DNA of 64,000 bases, from assembly GCA_965223855.1 (NCBI GenBank), contig CBDCXM010000009.1:1792001-1856000 (forward strand). The letters run 5' to 3'. The translations under genes were made by a program, and so were the position numbers. Every line of letters begins with the position of its first letter. Position 1 is the stretch's first letter. Origin of the DNA: Candidatus Multivoradales bacterium. Its GTDB lineage: Bacteria; Acidobacteriota; Thermoanaerobaculia; Multivoradales; JAHEKO01. Below, piece by piece: positions 10,113 through 20,361 of the stretch. Below the pieces are notes generated by a model. That model had not been told where the DNA came from, searched no databases, and saw only the letters and a program-made list of their open reading frames with translations.

Positions 10113-10634
10113 CTAGCGCTCGGCGCTGCCACCGCCGTGACCCGACCGCGGCCAGGCCACTCGGGTCAGGCTCGAACGCCCACCGGCCTGTTCGAGAGCC
10201 TGCTCGACGCTCCTGCCCGATCCGGGAAGTCGCAGCCCCGGCGCCGCGTCGGCGAGCGGGGCGAGGACGAACGGGCGTCGCTCGAGCTGCGGGTGGGGGA
10301 GGGTGAGTTCGGCCCGCGAGGCGACCACGTCGCCGTAGAGGAGCAGGTCGAGGTCGAGCGCTCGCGACGCCCACCGCGCAGCGCTGCGCCTGCCGGCCCG
10401 CCATTCGAGGAATTTCAGCATCGCCAGTAGCGGTTCCGGTTCGAGGCGGGTGTGGCCGACGACGACGCTGTTGAGGTAGTCGGGCTGCTCGCCGCCGCCG
10501 AGTGCCGCCGAGCGATAGAGCCCGCCCCGCCGGGGCTCTTCGAGCAGCCGCTCGAGGAACGCGGCGGCCTCGTCCAACCGCTCCTCAAGATTCCCGAGAT
10601 TGCTCCCCAGACCGATGGCGACAGGCACGTTCAT
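10113..10634 (-). CDS. folK: HPPK, 2-amino-4-hydroxy-6-hydroxymethyldihydropteridine diphosphokinase
   Basis: IGLGSNLG, QPDYLN, RALDLDLL, LPHP, RPFVLAPL. Confidence 0.93.
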   Translation of the reverse strand: MNVPVAIGLGSNLGNLEERLDEAAAFLERLLEEPRRGGLYRSAALGGGEQPDYLNSVVVGHTRLEPEPLLAMLKFLEWRAGRRSAARWASRALDLDLLLYGDVVASRAELTLPHPQLERRPFVLAPLADAAPGLRLPGSGRSVEQALEQAGGRSSLTRVAWPRSGHGGGSAER

Positions 10635-10778
10635 GACGGACGGTTCGAGCGTAACCCGCGCCGCCTTCGTGATCGACAGCGGCCGCCCGTTTTGCAGCCG
10701 AGGCGCCCGTGCCGTACCATCCGACGTCCGAGTCGCGGCGGGAACCGATCCCGGCCGCACCGCTCGAAGGTACGCTCG

Positions 10779-11483
10779 ATGAAGACGCTGCAATGGGCCG
10801 TGGCCGGAATCGCCTTCGCCTCCCTGGCGGGGGCCCAGCCGCCGTCTCCCTACGACGTCGCCGCCGACGAGCGCCTGCCGGCGCTGGTCGAGCGGATGCG
10901 CTTCGAGCAGGAGCAGCTCGTCACTCTCGAGGCGAACTTCGTGCAGCGCAAGGAGAGCGCGCTGCTGCTCGAGCCGGAGGAGGCGACCGGTGTCTTTTCC
11001 TATGCCTCGCCCGATCGGGTCCGTTGGGAGTACCTCGAGCCGAACCCGATCTCGATGCTGATCGACGGCGAGCAGATGACCACCTGGTATCGCGACCTCG
11101 ATCAGGTCGAGGAGGTGGAGATCGGCCGTCATTCGCAGCGGGTGCTCGAGTACCTCGGCGCCGGCAGCTCGCTGGCGCGGCTGCTCGAGTACTTCGACGT
11201 GCGCCTGACGCTGCCGGACGATCGTGCCCGGCCGATGCGCCTCGAGCTCGATCCCAAGTTCGAGCGGGTTGCGCGGCGCATCGAGGGGATGCAGATCTGG
11301 GTCGATCCGGACACGTTCCTGCCGTTGAGGCTGCGCTACCTCGAGCCGGGCGGCGACGTCACGGATTACGAGTTCGCCGACTACCGGATCAACGGCGAGA
11401 TCCCCGGCGAGCGCTTCGAGCTCGACCTGCCCTCCGACGTTCAGGTGCGCACCATCGACCTGCGCCGCGCCGGCCTGCGTTGA
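10779..11483 (+). CDS. lolA: Outer-membrane lipoprotein carrier LolA family
   Basis: Signal peptide; ANFVQ, PDRVRWEY, IDGEQM, FELDLP. Confidence 0.85.
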   Translation: MKTLQWAVAGIAFASLAGAQPPSPYDVAADERLPALVERMRFEQEQLVTLEANFVQRKESALLLEPEEATGVFSYASPDRVRWEYLEPNPISMLIDGEQMTTWYRDLDQVEEVEIGRHSQRVLEYLGAGSSLARLLEYFDVRLTLPDDRARPMRLELDPKFERVARRIEGMQIWVDPDTFLPLRLRYLEPGGDVTDYEFADYRINGEIPGERFELDLPSDVQVRTIDLRRAGLR

Positions 11484-11508
11484 TCGCGGCCTGTCAGCCG
11501 GTAGAGCC

Positions 11509-12648
11509 GTGAGCGTCGGTTTCGAGGTGCTCGCCCGCGACGGCGAGGCGCGGCGCGGCAGGCTGTCGACCCCTCACGGCGCGGTGGAGACGCCGGCCTT
11601 CATGCCGGTCGGCTCGCTCGGGGCCGTGAAGGGGGTGACGCCGGCCGCGCTCGAGGAGGCGGGGGCCCAGGTGATGCTGTCGAACCTCTACCACCTGTCG
11701 CTGCGGCCGGGGATCCAGGTCATCGAGTCGCTCGGCGGCATCCATGCCTTCACCGGCTGGAATCGCCCGATCCTCACCGACAGTGGCGGGTTCCAGGTGT
11801 TCTCGCTGGCCCGCATGCGGCGGATCGACGCCGACGGGGTGACGTTTCGCAATCACGTCGACGGCGACGAGATGCGGTTGACCCCCGAGAGCGTGGTCGA
11901 CGACCAGAAGCGGCTCGGGGTCGATCTCGCCATGGTGCTCGACGAGTGTCCGCCATGGCCGGTTTCGCGCCACGAAGCCGAGGTCTCGCTCGATCGCACG
12001 CAGGCCTGGGCACGGCGCGCCCGCGAGGCGTGGACCGGCGACCCGCCGTGGCTGTTGGGGATCGTTCAGGGTTCGGTCTTCCCCGAGCTGCGCCGCCGTG
12101 CGATCGAGGAGCTCGCGGCGATGGACTTCCCCGGCTATGCCGTCGGCGGCGTCAGCGTCGGCGAGCCGAGCGAAGACCGCCGGCAGGTGGTCGAGTGGTC
12201 GGCCCCCGCGCTGCCGGAGACGAAGCCTCGTTACCTCATGGGCGTCGGCACCCCCGACGACATCGCCCACGCCGTCGCCCACGGCATCGATCTCTTCGAC
12301 TGCGTCATGCCGAGCCGCAATGCGCGGCACGGCCAGCTCTTCACCCGCGAGGGCCCGCTGAGGATCAAGAACGCTGCGTTCAAGAAGGACGAACGGCCGG
12401 TCGATGCCGGGTGTGGCTGCCCGTGCTGCAGCCGTGTGAGCCGGGCGTTTCTGCACCATCTGTTCCGCACCGGAGAGATCACCGGGGCAGTGCTGGCGAC
12501 GCTCCACAACGTCCGCTTCTATCTTGACTTTATGGGGGATCTCCGGGAAGCTATCGCGTCCGCCTCACTGGCGGAAATGCTGGCATCGAGGCGGTTCCTC
12601 GATCGAGCGGTCGCCGGCCCCTCGCCGGAATCTCCCCCGTCCAGGTGA
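11509..12648 (+). CDS. tgt: Queuine tRNA-ribosyltransferase
   Basis: ETPAFMPVG, TDSGGFQVFSL, YLMGVG, FDCVMP, CGCPCC Zn site. Confidence 0.97.
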   Translation: MSVGFEVLARDGEARRGRLSTPHGAVETPAFMPVGSLGAVKGVTPAALEEAGAQVMLSNLYHLSLRPGIQVIESLGGIHAFTGWNRPILTDSGGFQVFSLARMRRIDADGVTFRNHVDGDEMRLTPESVVDDQKRLGVDLAMVLDECPPWPVSRHEAEVSLDRTQAWARRAREAWTGDPPWLLGIVQGSVFPELRRRAIEELAAMDFPGYAVGGVSVGEPSEDRRQVVEWSAPALPETKPRYLMGVGTPDDIAHAVAHGIDLFDCVMPSRNARHGQLFTREGPLRIKNAAFKKDERPVDAGCGCPCCSRVSRAFLHHLFRTGEITGAVLATLHNVRFYLDFMGDLREAIASASLAEMLASRRFLDRAVAGPSPESPPSR

Positions 12649-12760
12649 TGTTCTCCCGGGGTACCTCCGGGGGCGGACCGCAACGTCGCCGGCCGAGCAC
12701 GGAAGCCGTTCGTCGCACCCCAACCTCTCAGTCGCCCAAGCAGCCAGCCCGGAGTTCGAT

Positions 12761-13066
12761 ATGAGTTCGCTCGTGACCCTTCTCGCTCAGACGACCGGCC
12801 CGTCCGGCCTCATGAGCTTCCTGCCGCTCGTCCTGATCTTCGCGATCTTCTACTTCCTGCTGATCGCGCCGATGCGCAAGCGGCAGAAGCAGTTGCAGGA
12901 GATGATCGCCGAGCTCAAGAAGGGCGACAAGGTGGTGACGACCGGCGGCATCCACGGCGAGGTCTACGCCCTCGAGGAGTCGACGCTCTTGCTCAAGATC
13001 GCCGACAACGTGCGGATCAAGATCGCCCGGTCGGCGATCTCCGGCAAGGAAGGCGAGGAGATCTGA
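12761..13066 (+). CDS. yajC: Preprotein translocase subunit YajC
   Basis: FYFLLIAP, LKKGDKVVTTGGIHG; lies between tgt and secD. Confidence 0.95.
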   Translation: MSSLVTLLAQTTGPSGLMSFLPLVLIFAIFYFLLIAPMRKRQKQLQEMIAELKKGDKVVTTGGIHGEVYALEESTLLLKIADNVRIKIARSAISGKEGEEI

Positions 13067-14634
13067 TGAATCGAAGCCTGCTCTGGCGCGGCCTGACGAT
13101 CGTCGCCGTCGCCGCGATCGTTCTGCTCTCGGCGCTGCCGCTCGAAGAGAACATCAAGCTCGGCCTCGACCTGCGAGGCGGCATTCACCTCAAGCTCGAG
13201 GTGGCGACCGAGGACGCTCTGCGCTCCGAGACCGACAAGGATCTGGAACGGCTCCTGGCCGAGCTCTCGGACAACGGTGTTTCGACCGCCAGCGGCGATC
13301 GACTCGACGACTCGAGCTTCGTGGTTCGCGGCGTCACCTCGGCCAACGACGACGACGTGAGAACGATCGTCGACGACTTCCTCCCCGGCTGGAACTACCA
13401 GAGGAGCGGCGACGAGCTCACCTTCCGGATGGAGACGACGAACCGCAACACGATCACCAATCTGGCGGTGGTGCAGGCGGTGGAGACGATCCGCAACCGG
13501 GTCGACGCCTTCGGCGTGGCCGAGCCGGTGATCCAGCGCCAGGGTGCGAAGCGGGTGGTCGTCGAACTGCCGGGCGTCGATGACCCGGAGCGCGTCAAGG
13601 AACTCATCGGCACGCCGGCTTTCCTCGAGTTCCGGCTCGTCGACTATCCGCTGCGGGGCGCGGGAGCGATCAGCGAGGGGGATGTGCTGGCCAACTATGG
13701 CGGTGTGCTCCCCGCGAACCTCGAGATGAAGACTCAGATCGCGCGGGACGACGACGGGCAGGAGACGGGGCGCTTCTACTACGCGGTGGAGAAGCGGGCG
13801 GCGATCACCGGTCGCGATCTGCGCAACGCCCGCCCCGGCCTCGGCGACTTCAACCAGCCGGTCGTCAACTTCTTCCTCACCCACGAGGGGGGGCAGCGGT
13901 TCGGCGAGCTGACCGGCAACAATGTCGGCAAAGGGCTCGCCATCGTGCTCGACGGCTTCGTCGTGTCGGCGCCCAACATCAACAGCCGGATCAACGACCA
14001 GGGGATCATCGAGGGCGGCTTCACCCAGCGCGAGGTCGAGGATCTCTCGACGGTGCTGCGCTCCGGTGCACTGCCGGCTGGGATCTCCTACCTCGAAGAG
14101 CGCACGGTCGGCCCGTCGCTCGGTCAGGACTCGATCCGCCGGGGGCTGCGCGCGGGACTGCTCGGGCTCGGCCTCATCATCCTGCTGATGGTCGTCATCT
14201 ACAAGGTCACCGGCTTCAATGCTGTGCTGGCGCTGGTGCTCAACATCGCCGTGATCTTCGGTGCCCTGGCCTACTTCGACGCCACGCTGACACTCCCGGG
14301 CATCGCGGGGATCGTCCTCATCATCGGCATGGCGGTCGATGCCAACGTGCTGGTCTTCGAGCGGATCCGTGAGGAGCTGCGCAAGGGCCGCACCGTCAAG
14401 TCGTCGATCGACGCCGGCTTCGCCAAGGCGCTGTCGTCGGTGCTCGACGCCAACATCACGACGCTCATTGCCGCGCTCTTCCTCTTCCAGTTCGGCACCG
14501 GGCCGATTCGCGGCTTCGCGGTGACGCTCTCGATCGGCATCCTCGCCTCGGTCTTCACCGCCATCTTCGTCAGCCGCTGGATCTTCGATCTGGTGATCTC
14601 GCGCCGTCGCAAGGTCGACCGACTCTCCATCTAG
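13066..14634 (+). CDS. secD: Protein translocase subunit SecD
   Basis: LGLDLRGG, RVDAFGVAEP, LRSGALP, GMAVDANVLVFERIREE. Confidence 0.97.
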   Translation: MNRSLLWRGLTIVAVAAIVLLSALPLEENIKLGLDLRGGIHLKLEVATEDALRSETDKDLERLLAELSDNGVSTASGDRLDDSSFVVRGVTSANDDDVRTIVDDFLPGWNYQRSGDELTFRMETTNRNTITNLAVVQAVETIRNRVDAFGVAEPVIQRQGAKRVVVELPGVDDPERVKELIGTPAFLEFRLVDYPLRGAGAISEGDVLANYGGVLPANLEMKTQIARDDDGQETGRFYYAVEKRAAITGRDLRNARPGLGDFNQPVVNFFLTHEGGQRFGELTGNNVGKGLAIVLDGFVVSAPNINSRINDQGIIEGGFTQREVEDLSTVLRSGALPAGISYLEERTVGPSLGQDSIRRGLRAGLLGLGLIILLMVVIYKVTGFNAVLALVLNIAVIFGALAYFDATLTLPGIAGIVLIIGMAVDANVLVFERIREELRKGRTVKSSIDAGFAKALSSVLDANITTLIAALFLFQFGTGPIRGFAVTLSIGILASVFTAIFVSRWIFDLVISRRRKVDRLSI

Positions 14635-14816
14635 GCCTCAACTTCTCGCACCACTGCACTCCGGTAGGCCGTATGTCACTGCATCTACTTCGTTTTCCGT
14701 TCGCTGCGCTCCTCGACGTAGCTACGGCTATGCCTGCGGTGCTCGCGACCGGAAGCCTTGTATCTCCAGCAACCTACGACCTACCAAAGCGCAGTGGCGT
14801 GAGAAGTTCAGGCTAG
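14631..14816. mobile_element. 186-bp palindromic MITE-like element with CTAG at both ends
   Basis: Left CTAGGCCTCAACTTCTCGCACCACTGCAC is nearly the reverse complement of right GCGCAGTGGCGTGAGAAGTTCAGGCTAG; left CTAG contains the secD stop. Confidence 0.8.
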
Positions 14817-14856
14817 CGCGCCAGCCGCGGCCCCGACCGGGCCAGGAGCCTTTTCC

Positions 14857-15795
14857 ATGGAATTCTTCCGCAACACTCAGATCGACTTCATGCGCTGGCG
14901 GCGCATCTGCTTCGGGATGTCGATGATCCTGCTGGCGGTGGTCCTCATCTCCGATTTCGCCCGCAAGTCGCTCAATCTCGGGATCGACTTCGTCGGCGGC
15001 ACGCAGCTCACTGTGAAGTTCGCCGAAGTGCCTTCGATCGAGGACGTTCGCTCGCTGATGGAGGCGAACGGCATCGAGGACTCGGTGATCCAGCAGTTCG
15101 GCGAGGCGAGTGAGAACTCTCTGCTGATCAAGACGCCGCTGATTGAAGGGGCCGAGGAGGGGAGTCGCTCGCAGATCGTCAGCGTGCTCGAGACCCGCTT
15201 TCCGGACGGCGAGGCGACCGGAGCGTTCGAGGTTCTCGGCGCGGAGAACGTCGGCCCCCAGATCGGCTCGGAGCTGCGTCGCAGCAGCCTGCTGGCACTG
15301 ACCTGGGCGCTTCTTGGCATGCTCGGCTATATCTGGCTGCGCTTCGAGTTGCGCTTCGGCATCGGCGCCCTCGTGGCGGTGGTGCACGACGTGATGATCA
15401 CGCTCGGGCTCTTCGCGGCGGCCGGCTACGAGTTCAACCTGACGACGATCGCCGGCTTCCTGACCCTGGTCGGCTACTCGGTGAACGACTCGGTGGTGGT
15501 GTTCGACCGGGTGCGCGAGAACCTGCGCCAGAACCGGCGACTGACGCTGGTCGAGGTGATGAACCAGTCGCTCAACCAGACCCTCTCGCGCACGGTGCTG
15601 ACGTCCGGCACGACGCTGATCGCGGTCGGATGCCTGCTGTTCCTCGGCGGCGACGTGCTGCGCGGCTTCGCGTTCATCATCTGCGTCGGCGTGCTCATCG
15701 GTACTTACTCGTCGATCTACATCGCCTGCCCGATCGCGCTCCTGTGGGAGCGCTGGTTCGGCCGCGAGGCGCGCTCCCGCCGTCGCGCCGCCTGA
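14857..15795 (+). CDS. secF: Protein translocase subunit SecF
   Basis: IDFM, LGIDFVGG, VGPQIG, GYSVNDSVVVFDRVREN, GTYSSIYIA. Confidence 0.97.
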   Translation: MEFFRNTQIDFMRWRRICFGMSMILLAVVLISDFARKSLNLGIDFVGGTQLTVKFAEVPSIEDVRSLMEANGIEDSVIQQFGEASENSLLIKTPLIEGAEEGSRSQIVSVLETRFPDGEATGAFEVLGAENVGPQIGSELRRSSLLALTWALLGMLGYIWLRFELRFGIGALVAVVHDVMITLGLFAAAGYEFNLTTIAGFLTLVGYSVNDSVVVFDRVRENLRQNRRLTLVEVMNQSLNQTLSRTVLTSGTTLIAVGCLLFLGGDVLRGFAFIICVGVLIGTYSSIYIACPIALLWERWFGREARSRRRAA

Positions 15796-15890
15796 TCGCC
15801 GCACCGATCTCGCCACGACGCTGACGGAGCCTGCACCGCTCTGAGGGGCAGCGGGCGCACGCCTTGCGGCGGCGGTATATTGATGCCGCC

Positions 15891-18122
15891 ATGCCCTCCG
15901 TGCGCGAAAGACTGACGGGTGGAGGGGCGCCGCGACCGCCGGTCGAAGCGCCCGCGCGGGTGTCGTTCGACGACATCGTAGAGAGGCTCGAGGCGTCGGG
16001 TCGTGATTTCGATGCCGGGCTCCTCGCCCGCGTCCACGAGTTTTCGGCGGAGAAGCACGTCGATCAGAAGCGTCGCTCCGGTGAGCCGTACGTGACCCAC
16101 CCTATGCAGGTCGCTTTTGCGCTCGCGGACCTCGGTTTCGACGCGACCTGCGTAGCCGCCGGCCTGCTGCACGACGTCCTCGAGGACACGCTCGCCACCC
16201 GCGACGAGCTCGAGGAACGTTTCGGGCCGGACATCGCCGAGCTCGTCGAAGGCGTCACGAAGATCGGCCGTCACGAGTACGTACGGCGCGACCAGGCGCA
16301 GGCGGAGACCTTCCGCAAGCTCATCCTCGCCTCCGTCAAGGACGTTCGGGCGATTCTCGTCAAGCTTGCCGATCGCTGGCACAACATGACGACTCTCGAA
16401 CACCTGCCGTCGGAGTCGCGGCGCCGGATCGCTCGCGAGACGCTCGAGATCTATGCACCGATCGCACGCCGCCTAGGCATGTCGCGGGTCCAGGGTGATC
16501 TGGAAGATCTCGCCTTCTTTCACCTCTACCCGCACCAGTACACCGACCTCGCCGCCGGTCTGGAGGAGAAGAAGAAGACGGGTCGCAAGGTGGTGGAGGA
16601 GGTGCGAGAGCGCCTGGTGGAACGGCTGCAGGAGGCCGGAGTCGAGGCGGAGATCAGCTATCGGGTCAAGCGTTTCTACTCCATCTACACGAAGATGAGG
16701 CAGCGCGGGCTCGAACTCTCGCAGCTCTACGATTACGTCGCCTTTCGCATCCTCACGGCGGAGGTGAAGGACTGCTACGCAGCCCTCGGCGTGGTGCATC
16801 AGACCTGGCGACCGGTGCCCGGCCGGATCAAGGACTACATCGCGATGCCGAAGCCGAACCTCTATCAGTCGCTTCACACGACGCTGGTCGGCCGCGACGG
16901 CCACCCGTTCGAGGTGCAGATCCGCACCCGCGAGATGGATCGGATCGCCGAGCAGGGGATCGCCGCGCACTGGAGCTACAAGGAGGGTCTGCATCGTCCG
17001 GACGATCCCGAGGCCAACGTCGTCTGGCTGCGGCAGCTCGTCGAGTGGCAGAAGGAGGTCGAGGATCCGCGCGCCTTCATGACGGCCCTCAAGGTCGATC
17101 TCTATCCCGACGAGGTCTACGTCTTCACGCCCAAGGGAGACGTCTTCGCCTTCCCCTACGGTGCGACGCCGCTCGACTTCGCCTACCGGGTGCACACCGA
17201 GCTCGGACATCGATGCTCCGGTGCCAGGGTCAACGGCAAGTTGGTGCCGCTGCGTACGCGGCTCGAGAACGGCGACATCGTCGAGATCCTCACAGCGCAG
17301 AACCGGCAGCCGAGCCGCGACTGGCTCAAGTTCGTCGGCACGTCGCGGGCGAAGAGCAAGATCCGGCACTGGCTCAACACCGAACAGAAGAAGAGGTCGA
17401 TGGAGATTGGCCGCCGGTCGCTCGAGAAGGAGCTCAAGAAGCACCGTGTCGCCTACAAGCGCTTCGTCGACGAGCCGCGCCTCGCCGAGTTGCTGGTGCG
17501 CGACGGCTACGGCAACGTCGAGGATCTGCTGAGTGCGATCGGCTTCGGCAAGATCACGGTGCGGCAGGTGCTCGCGAGGGTGCTGTCCGAAGAGCAGCTC
17601 GAGACTCGCGAGGAGAAGCCGGGTCTGCTGCGCCAGGCGGTCGAGCGGATCCTGCCGTTCGGCAGCGACGCGGTGACGGTGAAGGGGCACGGCGACCTGC
17701 TCGCCTATCTTGCCAAGTGCTGCTCGCCGGTGCCGGGCGAAGAGGTGGTGGGGTACATCACCCGCGGCCGCGGGGTCTCGGTGCACTCGGTCGATTGCCC
17801 GAACGTGCAGAACCTGCTCTACAACCCTGAGCGCGAAATCGAGGTCGAGTGGGCGGGCGAGAAGGGGGAGGTCTTCCCGGTGGTGCTGAGGATCGAGACG
17901 GAGGATCGGCCGGGAGTGCTGGCGCGACTCACCGAGATCATCGCCAAGCACGGCAGCAACATCACGCAGATGGAGACCGACACGCGGGAGGCTCGGGAGA
18001 CGGGGCGGGCGACGATCGAGGTGGCGGTGGAGATTCGGGATCGGCGGCATCTGGAGAGGATTCGGCGGGCGGTGGCGGACAGTCCGGGGGTGCTGGCGGT
18101 GGATCGGCCTATGCGGGGGTAG
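15891..18122 (+). CDS. relA: Bifunctional (p)ppGpp synthetase/hydrolase Rel
   Basis: HD hydrolase (LLHDVLED), KLADR, YQSLHT, EVQIRT, TGS, ZFD and ACT domains. Confidence 0.95.
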   Translation: MPSVRERLTGGGAPRPPVEAPARVSFDDIVERLEASGRDFDAGLLARVHEFSAEKHVDQKRRSGEPYVTHPMQVAFALADLGFDATCVAAGLLHDVLEDTLATRDELEERFGPDIAELVEGVTKIGRHEYVRRDQAQAETFRKLILASVKDVRAILVKLADRWHNMTTLEHLPSESRRRIARETLEIYAPIARRLGMSRVQGDLEDLAFFHLYPHQYTDLAAGLEEKKKTGRKVVEEVRERLVERLQEAGVEAEISYRVKRFYSIYTKMRQRGLELSQLYDYVAFRILTAEVKDCYAALGVVHQTWRPVPGRIKDYIAMPKPNLYQSLHTTLVGRDGHPFEVQIRTREMDRIAEQGIAAHWSYKEGLHRPDDPEANVVWLRQLVEWQKEVEDPRAFMTALKVDLYPDEVYVFTPKGDVFAFPYGATPLDFAYRVHTELGHRCSGARVNGKLVPLRTRLENGDIVEILTAQNRQPSRDWLKFVGTSRAKSKIRHWLNTEQKKRSMEIGRRSLEKELKKHRVAYKRFVDEPRLAELLVRDGYGNVEDLLSAIGFGKITVRQVLARVLSEEQLETREEKPGLLRQAVERILPFGSDAVTVKGHGDLLAYLAKCCSPVPGEEVVGYITRGRGVSVHSVDCPNVQNLLYNPEREIEVEWAGEKGEVFPVVLRIETEDRPGVLARLTEIIAKHGSNITQMETDTREARETGRATIEVAVEIRDRRHLERIRRAVADSPGVLAVDRPMRG

Positions 18123-18137
18123 GTGTGGCTTGGAGCC

Positions 18138-18313
18138 GGTCCTCCTCGGGGATGGGATCGGCCGGCCGGGGGGACGCTCGCGCGTACTCGGTGATTGGGT
18201 GGGCAGCGCGCGGCTCTCTTGGCCTTCGCCGGGGGGCGGTTCAGGTAGCTGTGTGATCGGAGGGCTCGGCCAAGAGCCCCCCGGCTCGGTCGATCCCATC
18301 CCCGCGGAGGACC
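18138..18313. repeat. Large intergenic fold-back element with about 35-bp terminal inverted repeat
   Basis: GGTCCTCCTCGGGGATGGGATCGGCCGGCCGGGGG (18138-18172) pairs with CCCCCGGCTCGGTCGATCCCATCCCCGCGGAGGACC (to 18313); internal CTCTTGGCC/GGCCAAGAG stem. Confidence 0.75.
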
Positions 18314-18528
18314 TACGGTTGGTGAAGTGACGCCACGGTTTACGTGGCCTCTCGCCCGGCTCGAGCCCTGTGTCGGCGAGCGGGCGCGCAGCTTCGTGTT
18401 CCAGGAGGCGTGGCGGCCGCCGATCCCGAGGGGTGGAGGGAGGAGGGAGAGGGAGAGCGAATGCGCTCGAAAAACGGCTGATCGGGTGCCGGATTTTGTG
18501 AGATCGGCCGTTCCTGTGCATGCGTGCC

Positions 18529-18557
18529 TTGACACCCCCAGGGCATGCTGCTACGTT
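18529..18557 (+). promoter_or_regulatory. sigma70 promoter for pilMNOPQ
   Basis: TTGACA-17 bp-TACGTT, 64 bp upstream of the pilM ATG. Confidence 0.7.
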
Positions 18558-18621
18558 GCGATCGTTTCTGACCCCAAGCCGGTAACTGCGATAATCAAAG
18601 TGTTTTTGGGATCGCGAGGGC

Positions 18622-19680
18622 ATGTTCTGGAATAAGACCAAAGGAGTCGTCGGCCTCGATATCGGGAGCTCGTCCATCAAGCTGGTCGAGCTGAAGGCGC
18701 GCAAGAATGGCGAGTACGTCCTGCAGCGGGTCGGCATCGAGCCGCTGTCTCAGGAGGCGATCGTCGATGGGTCGATCATGGACTCGTCTCTGGTCGTCGA
18801 TGCGATCGCCAAGCTCGCCGCCGAAACGGGGGCTCGTTCGCCGAGTTTCGCAACGTCGGTTTCCGGACACTCGGTGATCATCAAGAAGATTCAGATCCCT
18901 CCGATGTCGCAGGAGGAGCTCGCCGAGTCGATCCAGTGGGAGGCGGAGCAGTACATCCCGTTCGACATCAACGACGTGCGGCTCGACTACCTGGTGCTGT
19001 CCGACGGCGAGTTCGGCAACGACTCGATGGAGGTGCTGCTCGTCGCCGTCAAGCGCGACAAGGTCAACGACTACGTGTCGGTGATCACGCAGAGCGGCAA
19101 GACGGCCGCGGTCGTCGATCTCGACGCGTTCGCCGTGCAGAATGCCTACGAGCTGAACTACGACGTGCCGACCTCGAAGGTCGTGGCGCTGGTGAACATG
19201 GGCGCGGCGGTGACGACGATCAACATCCTCGCCCGCGGCCAGACGGTGTTCTGGAGAGACCTGTCGATCGGCGGCAACGACTTCACGGAGGCGTTGCAGC
19301 GCGAGTACGGGCTCTCGTTCGAACAGGCGGAGCGGGTCAAGCGTGGCGAGCAGGTCGAGAAGTGCTCGCCGGCCGAGGCGCGCCCGGTGCTCGACGCGGT
19401 GTCGAGCGACATGGCGGCCGAGGTTCAGAAGACGTTCGACTTCTTCGCCGCGACGGCGGCGGAGGATTCGGTATCGCAGCTCGTGCTCTCTGGAGGCTGC
19501 GCCCTGACGCCCAACCTCCAGAACGTGCTCGAGGAGCAGTTCGGGGTCCCGACGGAGTTCATGGACCCGCTGCGCCGTGTCGAGTACAGCGAGAGCAACT
19601 TTGACGGGCAGTGGCTTCGATCGGTGGCGCCGACCTTGTCGGTGGCGGTCGGCCTGGCCCTGCGCAGGTTGGGGGACTGA
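18622..19680 (+). CDS. pilM: Type IV pilus assembly protein PilM
   Basis: VGLDIGSSSIKLVEL, WEAEQYIPF, VLSGG, AVGLALR. Confidence 0.96.
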   Translation: MFWNKTKGVVGLDIGSSSIKLVELKARKNGEYVLQRVGIEPLSQEAIVDGSIMDSSLVVDAIAKLAAETGARSPSFATSVSGHSVIIKKIQIPPMSQEELAESIQWEAEQYIPFDINDVRLDYLVLSDGEFGNDSMEVLLVAVKRDKVNDYVSVITQSGKTAAVVDLDAFAVQNAYELNYDVPTSKVVALVNMGAAVTTINILARGQTVFWRDLSIGGNDFTEALQREYGLSFEQAERVKRGEQVEKCSPAEARPVLDAVSSDMAAEVQKTFDFFAATAAEDSVSQLVLSGGCALTPNLQNVLEEQFGVPTEFMDPLRRVEYSESNFDGQWLRSVAPTLSVAVGLALRRLGD

Positions 19681-19686
19681 CCGGCC

Positions 19687-20361
19687 ATGATTCGCATCAA
19701 TCTAGTCGGTGAGGCCAGAAAGCCGGTCGCGGTTCGCACGAGCGGGCCGTCGTTCGGCGGCGACGGCGAGAGCCGTGCGGCCGACTGGGCGCTTCTGGCC
19801 GTCGCTGTGCTCGGGCTCCTGGTGGTGCTCGGGCACTTCCTGATGTTGCGGCATCAGATCAATCAGAAGAAGGAAGAGGTCGCCGAGGCTCAGGTCGAGG
19901 TCGATCGACTGGAGCCGATCATCCGCGAGGTCGAGGCGTTCAAGGCGAAGAAGAGGCGGCTCGAGAACAAGGTTCAGGTGATCTCCGATCTCAAGGCGAA
20001 CCAGGAAGGGCCCGTCTCGGTCATGGACAAGGTCTCCCGGGCCTTGCCGCAGTTGACCTGGCTGACGCGGATGGAGGTACGGACCACGAGCCTCCGGCTG
20101 ACCGGGCAGGCGTACAACACCAACGCCATCGCCTCGTTCATCGAGAACCTGGATCGGGTGCCGGAGTTCAAGGAACCTCGCCTGCGAGACACGACTCAGC
20201 GCGGGGAGGTGTACACCTTCGTCATCGAGTGTCAGTACCTGACGCCCGCGGTGTTGCGGCGCCAGGCGCTTCAGGAGGCGAGCGCCGCGCAGGCGGGCTC
20301 TGCGGCGCCGGCGACCGACGACGGCGCTCTCGACGAGACAAGTGAGGGGCAGGATGGCTGA
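19687..20361 (+). CDS. pilN: Type IV pilus assembly protein PilN
   Basis: MIRINL, TM, coiled coil, LPQLTWL; operon position. Confidence 0.9.
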   Translation: MIRINLVGEARKPVAVRTSGPSFGGDGESRAADWALLAVAVLGLLVVLGHFLMLRHQINQKKEEVAEAQVEVDRLEPIIREVEAFKAKKRRLENKVQVISDLKANQEGPVSVMDKVSRALPQLTWLTRMEVRTTSLRLTGQAYNTNAIASFIENLDRVPEFKEPRLRDTTQRGEVYTFVIECQYLTPAVLRRQALQEASAAQAGSAAPATDDGALDETSEGQDG

